Part shown: positions 37,901 to 46,900 of the stretch, piece by piece
Layout: every line of letters starts with the position of its first letter
Position numbering within the stretch: the first letter of the stretch is position 1
NCBI GenBank assembly: GCA_050298595.1
Contig: JBNKUM010000027.1
Span: 1-58,494, forward strand
DNA: 58,494 nucleotides
Direction of reading: 5' to 3'
Origin: Gammaproteobacteria bacterium
Lineage (GTDB): Bacteria; Pseudomonadota; Gammaproteobacteria; GCA-001735895
Notes under the pieces: generated by a model
Told to the model about the DNA's origin: nothing
Databases searched by the model: none
Seen by the model: only the letters and a program-made list of their open reading frames with translations
Translations under genes and position numbers: made by a program

Positions 37901-40900
37901 TGAAGTTAATAATGAGCTGGGGCAAATTAATTACGTTATCGAAATGACAGATCGGGCATTGAATACATCCAGTGTAAGTAAAACTGTAAATGTCGTTAAT
38001 AATGCTCTTCCAACATTAGTAATCAGTCAGGCTCCGGACACAATACGTGAACAGGGAAGTTTTGAAATTTCTCTGAATGCGTCGGATGACGTCGGACTGG
38101 CGCAGCTGGAAGTCACCTGGAATGGATTGACTCACTCTTATGATCTGGATGCACGTGAGCTAAATAATTATAAAGTCAGTCTCACTGATAACAGGGCTCA
38201 GCGTGTGGTAACGGCACAATCTGAAGTTCTGACAGTTAAGATAATAGATCGTTTTGGCGAGCAGACATTGGCTCAGACCAGCATAGTTGTAGAGCCTGAT
38301 TTAGCACCTCAAGCTGACCTGTTGTCTGTGATCTCACCGTCCAATGCCTTTTACGGAACACAGGTTAAAATTAATCTAAGTAACCTCCAGCAGGTCGATG
38401 ATGGTAATCGCCTGTTGGTCAGGCTCATACAGGAAACGGCCACAGATGATGTTGTTCTGGGTGAGTATGAGCTAGCGAATCGCAGTAGTTTCAATTGGTA
38501 TTTTCGACTTCCCGCCAATTCACAACCGGATGACCTTTTTAGCTATAAATTGGCGCTCATTGACAGTTTGTCTCAGGAGTCGATGACAACGACTTATACT
38601 ATAGCTCTATCTCAATCTCCCAATCTGATTCACTTTAGTAATACCGATGTATCAACCAATCTTGATAGCGCAGCAGTTGGGCAACAGGCCGCATTTGAAG
38701 TTGAGGTGGTTGATGCTTCCGGTCAGCCAGTACCAAATCAGAATGTTCAATGGTCTTTGAGACGGGTGGACGATGGCCATACGACATATTTCGGCGCTTC
38801 ACAGACAGATGTTAACGGCTTGGCGAGTCAGTCATTAAGTATTAATCATATTGCAGGTAGTTATGAAATACGTGCATCTCTGCCACAGTTTCCAAATTTA
38901 GCTCAAGCTGTAAAAACATTTGAAATATTGCCAGGTGTTACTCGATATATACAAATATCAGCTATTCCTCAGGTTGCTGCGAATGGCACTATGGTTATCT
39001 CGTTACAGGCAAATGACCAGGCTAATAATGCTGTTACAAATGATGACAGCAGTACTATTCGTATCCAGGGCTCAAACACCGCATTTCACTTTGTCCCAGA
39101 GACAGGTGTTGTTGTTACTAACATCAGCGGTCCGAATGGAACTATTCAGCAGGCAGAAATCAGCTTAAGCAATGGGTCTGCTCAAGTTCAACTACAGGTT
39201 CCAACTGTTGCTGGAAATTACAACCTACCATTGATTGCTGGAGCTGGACTCGTTGCCAGAATTGAGAATACACCCGTTTCTAGCTTACCAATAACTGTCA
39301 TAGCGTCAGCTCCGGCACGTTTATTACTGGTCGATGAAAACCTGCAGCCACAGTTAAATGGGGGAGTACACGAAACGGATATCAAGTTACCATTACCCGT
39401 TTATTTAAGACTCTACGATGCTTATAACAATCCGGTGCAACAGCATGAAGGACTGGATGCCAACTATCAGGTATCTCTGTCCATCAATGGTACTGTCAAC
39501 CTTAACAATCATCCTAATGCGACAACAGTGACGCTTGATAAAGGCATTGCAGTGGTTGAGGTGCAGGGTACAATTTATGAAACGGTGACGCTTGATATCA
39601 GCGCCTTAACAGGCAGTACTGAAAACATTGATATTAGCAGTCAATATCAGATTCAATTTCGTCAGCGTCCTCCTGAACTGGCCACAGTTAAAATCGCGGC
39701 TGCAGTAAACCAGTCTACATTGCGCGGCTTCTTTAAGTTTGATGAAGCAGTAAGCCAGCAAGGTTCTGGTCGAATGGTGGCCATGAGCCATCTGAATGGA
39801 ACTGAGATTAGCGGAAGCTCCACTATTGATAATGACAGTGTCACATTTACCCCCGCATCAGCTGGCGCATTTACACTGGGTAACTGTTACAGCTATAGCA
39901 CTCAGAATTCTACTCTTGTTGGACTGGTGGATGATGATCCCGTCACTGCACAATCGGGTGAGGTTTGTGCACCTCAGGTCCTGATTCTACCTCCAGTCTC
40001 TCTACAGGTAACGGAAGGACAGGTGCTTACACTTGATTTTCTTACTGCATCTTCAGTGAATTTAAATAACGTCAGCAATGGTATGGCCCGATTAAACACA
40101 CGTGAAATGCCATTCAACTGGTATAAAAGCTACTGGTCGAATAATCGAAAAATCACTATTCCGCAGTATTCACTGGAAGAACCATTAGAAATTGGTGATG
40201 GTGATTTCATCAGCCTGAAATTGTCGGGTCATTTAAATGGTGAAGTCTTACATGTAGGCAATGAACTTAACCTTCAGGTTTTCGATCCAGAGGCAGATTT
40301 TGATGGAGATGGTTTGAGTAATGCGATAGAAGTCCGTTATGCTGGACTGGATCCAACTAATAGTGATAGTGATTACGATAATATTCCAGATGCAGCCGAT
40401 GATCTTGATCACGATGGCCTGATAAACAGTGATGAAGTTTTGCACAACACCCTGCTAGATGATGGAGATACGGATAACGATAATCTGTCAGATGGTAATG
40501 AAATCAATGTCTACAACAGCAACCCTAACTTGTATGATACAGATGGGGATGGCCTGAGTGATGGTGCTGAAGTCAATTCTACATCTCCTTCAGATCCCAC
40601 TCTGAAGGATACTGATGCAGATGGTATTGATGACAATATTGAAGTCCAGTATGGACTCGATCCGTCAAATGCCTTAGACGCAAGTGCCGATGCCGACAAC
40701 GACGGTTTGTCAAATCTGGACGAGGTATTAAATAGTACACGCATAGATATCCCTGATACTGATGGCGATACCTTAACGGATGGTGTTGAAGTACATGGTA
40801 CTCCTGCAACCAATCCACGCAGCAAGGACACTGATAACGATGGACTCGATGATAATCTGGACTATGACCCGATAGTTCCGGATACGGTTGCCCCAGTCGT

Positions 40901-43900
40901 ATCTGTAACAGCTCCAGACCTGACGCAGTCTTACCTGAAAGGTCAACGGCTTAACTTCACTTTATCTGCGCTTGACCAGGGTAGAGTGACACAACTGCTG
41001 TATCGTATAAATAATGTTCAGCAGCCAACGGTATTAACCTCTGAGCCATTCCAGCTTTCCATTCTGTTACCTACTGATGCAGATAGTATTGTATTTGAAG
41101 CTCTTGCAGTTGATACCAATGGTAATCAGGGAACTACGGGCGCTATTACTATTAACCTTATTGATGATCCGCTGACAACCGTAGTGGGTACAGTGGTGGA
41201 TAGTAATGCAGTACCGGTTGCAGGTGTGTTACTCAGCTTGAATAGCCAACAAGCTATTAGCCAGGCCGATGGCAGCTTTGTGATAAATAATGTCCCAGTG
41301 GCACATGGAGACATTACTGTACTTGCCAATGTGGTTATAAACGGGGTGAATTTCATAGGGGGTAGTAATACGGTTACACCCATCAGAGCGGGTGTGACTG
41401 ATGTGGGGCAGATACAGTTAATTCAGGATAAGATTACCGTGGGTTATTTAAATAACCGTTACAATGCGGGTCAGCCCTATCAGCAATTGATTATTCAACG
41501 TGCAGGTATGGAAGCGGTACAGATTACCGACCTTGGCACATTTGATCTGTCAACTATCGACATGTTAATGGTTGATAACAATCGCCGTTATGCCTGTAAT
41601 ACAAGCAGAACCTATTATGTAAATCGACAGAAAGTGTTCGACTGGGTTGCAGCGGGTGGCACCATGATCTTACATGAAGATCGTCCAGATTATTCCTGTT
41701 CTTACTCGGGTACTCTATTGCCTAATAATCCAGGAACCATTAGCTCAAACCGCAGCGGAGATAATATCTACCCATGGAGCATAGCGAATGATATAGCCAC
41801 AGGCCCTGGCGGTAACTTCACTGGCTTCTCTGTGAGTAACCTGGTGCTTGGTAGTGTTGCCTTCAATACATTGATAGCAGAAGCTACGCCTCTGGTGTAC
41901 AACTCCTTGCCCTATCAGGGATATGTGGTTGGCTTCGACTACCCATGGCAGCAGGGTCGCATCTATTACAGTACAGTAAGACTAGAATCAGCCTCTACAA
42001 GCTCATTGATGCATACTCAATACGCGCCAAATATGTTGAATGGCATGTTTTTACGCTCATTGGTAGATACTGATGCTGACGGCTTACCAGATCGTCTTGA
42101 GATTATGAATGGTACCAACATCAGTGTGGCAGATACTGATGGAGATGGGATGAGTGATGCGTTCGAAGTGCGTTATAGCTTTGACCCGTTATTGGATGAT
42201 GGCGTTGCCTTACTGGATTCTGATAATGATGGGGCGAGTAATATTCTGGAAAGCCAGTATGGCTCGAATCCGTCTGTTTTCGACACTGATCAGGATGGTT
42301 TATCGGATGGTGATGAAATACTTCATATCTTACCATCTGATCCAACTTTGATTGATACTGATTTTGATTCGCTACTTGATAATGTTGAACGTGATTACGC
42401 AACTGACCCACGCAACAAAGATAGTGATGGTGATACGGTTGAGGATGGAGACGAGGTTAATACCTATAGTTCAAATCCTTTATTGCTTGACTCAGATGGT
42501 GATGGCCTGGGTGATGCCCTGGAAATTAGTTATGGGCTTAATCCTGCAAATGGTACTGATGCTTATAGCGATAATGACTTTGACGGATTGACAAATCGCG
42601 ATGAGATACTGATATTCGGTACCGATTATAATAATGCGGATGATGATAATGATGGTTTGTCAGATGGCGATGAGATTGCAGCTGGTTCTGACCCTCACAA
42701 TCCAGACAGTGATAATGACGGTATTCCAGATGGTAATGATGCCGAAATTCTGATTGCAGATATTACACCTCCATTAATCCAGTTGACTTCTCATGCCAGT
42801 ACCATTGAAGCCGTAACGGGTGAAACCTTAACTTTTGCTTTTGATGTTACGGATAATGGGCAACTCGCTAGCGTCAGTATGACTAACACAGATGGAGGGA
42901 CTTCTATAGGCAGTGTAACTATGCCACCTTATAACCTGACCTTTACTGTCGATGGTTTAAACAGTTCCTATCCCTTGTATTTCACGGCTACCGATGTAAG
43001 CGGCAATGCAACAACTATAGGGCCGGTTACGATTAATCTGATAGCTGATCCGCTGACTCAAGTTATCGGAACTGTCGTTGATGAGCTGGGTCGTCCGATA
43101 CAGGGTGCTGTAATTAATTATCCAGGATCTATTGCAGAATATACCGATATAACAGGTCGGTTTACACTGTCATCAGTACCGACTGTAACCAGTACCTTGC
43201 CAATGAATATTTCTGCTCTGTTTGGTAATCAGCATGTTAGCACTAATATTAATGCCAATCTGGTGCGTGGAGATATTGTCGATGTTGGAATAATTACTTT
43301 AAAAATGGATTCTGGTTCACAGGGACAGAGTAACGGAGCAGATGTGATTGTGGGTTATTATGAAATGTCGACTAACTCTGGAAACTCTGCACAAATACCA
43401 TCAATTGAAGCTGCTGGTTTTGTAGCCCAAGATGTTGGTGATTTGAATACTAGCGATTTAACACAATTTGACATACTTTATGTTTCACAGCAAAGCTCTA
43501 CTTCAAGTAACTGGGTTAATAATAAAAACAAAATTGATCAATTTGTAAGCGCTGGTGGTGTATTGGTTTTCCATGACTGGTCTATTTCTTCTACGGCTGC
43601 CAGTTTACCTGGATCCCCAGGGTCATTCGTCTATAGTGCAAGCAATGATACTCAGGTGATAACAAGCAACGAAGCATTTATAAATGGGCCTGGTGGTGTT
43701 ATAGATGATACAACACTTGATTTGGGCAATAGCTCATCACATGGCTATGTTGATGCGAATTCCGTTCCATCAGGATCAACTGGTTTACTCAGTAAGAATA
43801 ACCCCGATCAATGGGTAACGTTTTCCTATCCATTTAATCACGGCTCGGTAATCTACTCAACAATACCACTCAGCCATTACCTGAGTGGAAGTGGATCTGC

Positions 43901-46900
43901 CGCATTCAGGGATGTATATGCTCCTAATATACTCAACTATGCAAGCAGTCTACTAATCGTCGATACTGACGAAGATGGCCTGTCTGACTACGATGAAGTC
44001 TTAGCGGGCACAGATTATCTGCTCGCAGATACAGATGGTGACGGCTTACTGGATGGATTTGAAAATCGTTATGGATTTGATCCATTAGTCACCGGTGAGC
44101 AATCCCTGGATACTGATAGTGATGGTCTAAGTAATATCGATGAGCAATCGAATTCAACGGACCCACTTAATGCTGATTCGGATTCAGATACCCTGTCTGA
44201 TGGGGATGAAGTGAATGTCTATGTATCAGATCCTACCTCGTCAGATGGTGATGAGGATGGTTTAGATGATGTGACTGAAATTAATCAGGGTACCAATCCG
44301 CTATTGGCAGATACTGATACCGATGGGTTGAGTGATTACGCTGAATTGTATACGCATAACACAAACCCCTTGAATCCTGATACCGATGGTGACGGTATGT
44401 CAGATGGATTTGAAGTAAATTATGGACAAGATCTGGATCCGATGGCAGATGATGATAATGATGGACTGAACAATCTTCAGGAATTCAATGCAGGTAGTAA
44501 CCCGTTTAATATTGACACGGATGGAGACCGGTTATCCGATTATGCTGAGTTTATTATTTATGGCACTAATGCAGCGAACAATGATACGGATTCAGGTGGA
44601 CGTCGGGATACAGATGAAATTTTCATCGATTCGACAAATGCAACTATTGATGATGACTTAACTAATCTCTCAGATACTTATTATTATCAACAGAATCAAA
44701 GTGGTAATAGTTGGCCAATACGCGACAGGGAAGGTTATTTGTATGATGGTTCGGTATTTAAAAATAGTTTCAGGTTGTATGTGAATAATTCCACTTATTC
44801 TGCTGAAGGATTTAATGGCTATACGGCAATAGATACTGCGGGGCAGGAACTGTTTTTTAATGTCGCTAGATTGAATGGATTGTTGGTAGGCAGACGAGTC
44901 TATGTGCCTACCGATGGCACAGAGTTTATTCGCTACCTGGAGGTATTACACAACCCCGGTACCCAAGCCGTATCGGCTACAGTACGTAATGACTCATACT
45001 ACTACAGCGGAAGCCCAGATGTATTGACACAATCGGGTGGCAACCAGCTGAGCTCTAATGATCAATACATGATGATTAGTGATTTAAATAATATTAATCA
45101 GCCTGTTGTTGGGCATATTTTTGCTGGACCCAATGCTGCAACAGGTATTAGTGATTCAAGTAACGCTCAGGATGGATCGCAGTCCTGGAGTATTACTCAT
45201 CAGGTTGAAATACCCGCTGGGGAAACTCGCTATATTCTGCACTTTGCCGGGCAGTATGACAGTACAGTTAATGCAGAAATCGGTATACAGAATATTAGAA
45301 AACTAGGTGGCAATGAGCTGGCTAACCTGTCAGAAGAAATACGCACTCGGATAGTAAATTTCAATGCCTATCCAGATGCGGATTTTGATGGATTAACTGA
45401 TATAGAAGAGACTCAACTTGGCACGTCGCTGGACAATAGTGATACCGATAACGATGGAGTTAATGATTACCTGGAAGTACAACTGGGTACCGATCCTCTG
45501 CAGCCGGGAGATCAACTGATTACGACGGTATCTGGGCGTGTAGTTAATGCTATCGGATCGGGTGTAGAAAATGCTATCGTCCTGCTTAATAATAGTTTTC
45601 AGGTAATCACGGATATAAATGGAAATTACACTATTCCTGATGTAGTGATTGACCAGCCTGTTTTCGATGTTATGGTTACAATGGATGTAAATGGAGTGGT
45701 AGTAAGCGTATCATTAAATGACATTGACCCAGTATTAAACGGCGATACGCTGCTCAATGAACTTGTGCTAAGTTATCAATCAATGTCAGATAGCAATATT
45801 GAAGAAATAACGGCGCTTAACTCAGGTACTGCAATCGCTCTTTCAGATGATTCCAGTAAAAGTGTTGTATTTACTGATGGCTTTAGTTTCAATTTCTTTG
45901 GCGAGACATATAGCAGTGTCTATATCAACTCCAATGGAAGTTTGACCTTTGGTGCTGGTAGCACATCTTATACCCCAGATGTGCCGGGCAACCTGGTACA
46001 GGGTACTCCGCGTATATCCCCACTATTTGGAGATCTAAATCCTTCATCCGGTGGGACCGTTTATTATAAACAGAACGCAGATAGTTTTAGTGCCACCTGG
46101 CTTGCTGTCCGTGAGTATGGTAATTCCTCAGTTCATACATTTCGCGTCACTCTTTTTGCTGATGGTGCTTATGTCATCCAGTATGGTGATGTAGATACTA
46201 CGTCAACCAGGAGATTCGGAGTTGGTGTTACACCTGGTGGTTCTTCTTTGTATGAAGCCATTGATTGGTCTGAAGCGGCGGGATCACTGCCAGTAGGTCC
46301 GGCCATGTATGAATTATTTTCAGGAATGGCAACATTCGATCTTGAAAACCAGATTATCGTATTTAAGCCAGAGTCTTCCAGTTATCGAATATTACGAAAT
46401 TTATGTGAAGATATAGATAATGATCGTTTATGTGACATTGAAGAGATGTTGGTAGGTAGTGTAGTAGGGAATGATGATACAGATGGCGATGGGATTTTAG
46501 ATGGTCGTGATTCTAATCCTCTAGTTTCAGATTTAATCGTTCCGCAGATAATGCTGCAGTCTCCATTGTTGAACGATTCTGTTATACGTACTGCGACGAT
46601 ACCTGTTGATATCGGCGTTACAGATCAGGGCGGACTGACCGAGGTTAGGGTTATTGTTGATACCACAGAACAGGTCCATACATTTAACGGTGAGCAGCAT
46701 GCTGTTATTCATCAAAGTTATGTCGTACCTTTAACGGCAGACTCTATCTCAATTTCTGTGGCGGCAACGGATCAATCAGGAAATATCAGCAACTTCGGGC
46801 CGATTGTAATACCTGCAATATATGACCCGAAAACTACTGTTAACGGTCAAGCAAGTTATTTCTTTGATGATGAAAGCGGAGATATTACGGAATTACAGCT

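Noticed and set aside
43266-43274. RGD integrin-binding tripeptide in the giant protein
   Set aside because: Expected by chance in 14,000 residues, and the paralogous position in the other cassette reads RAG.
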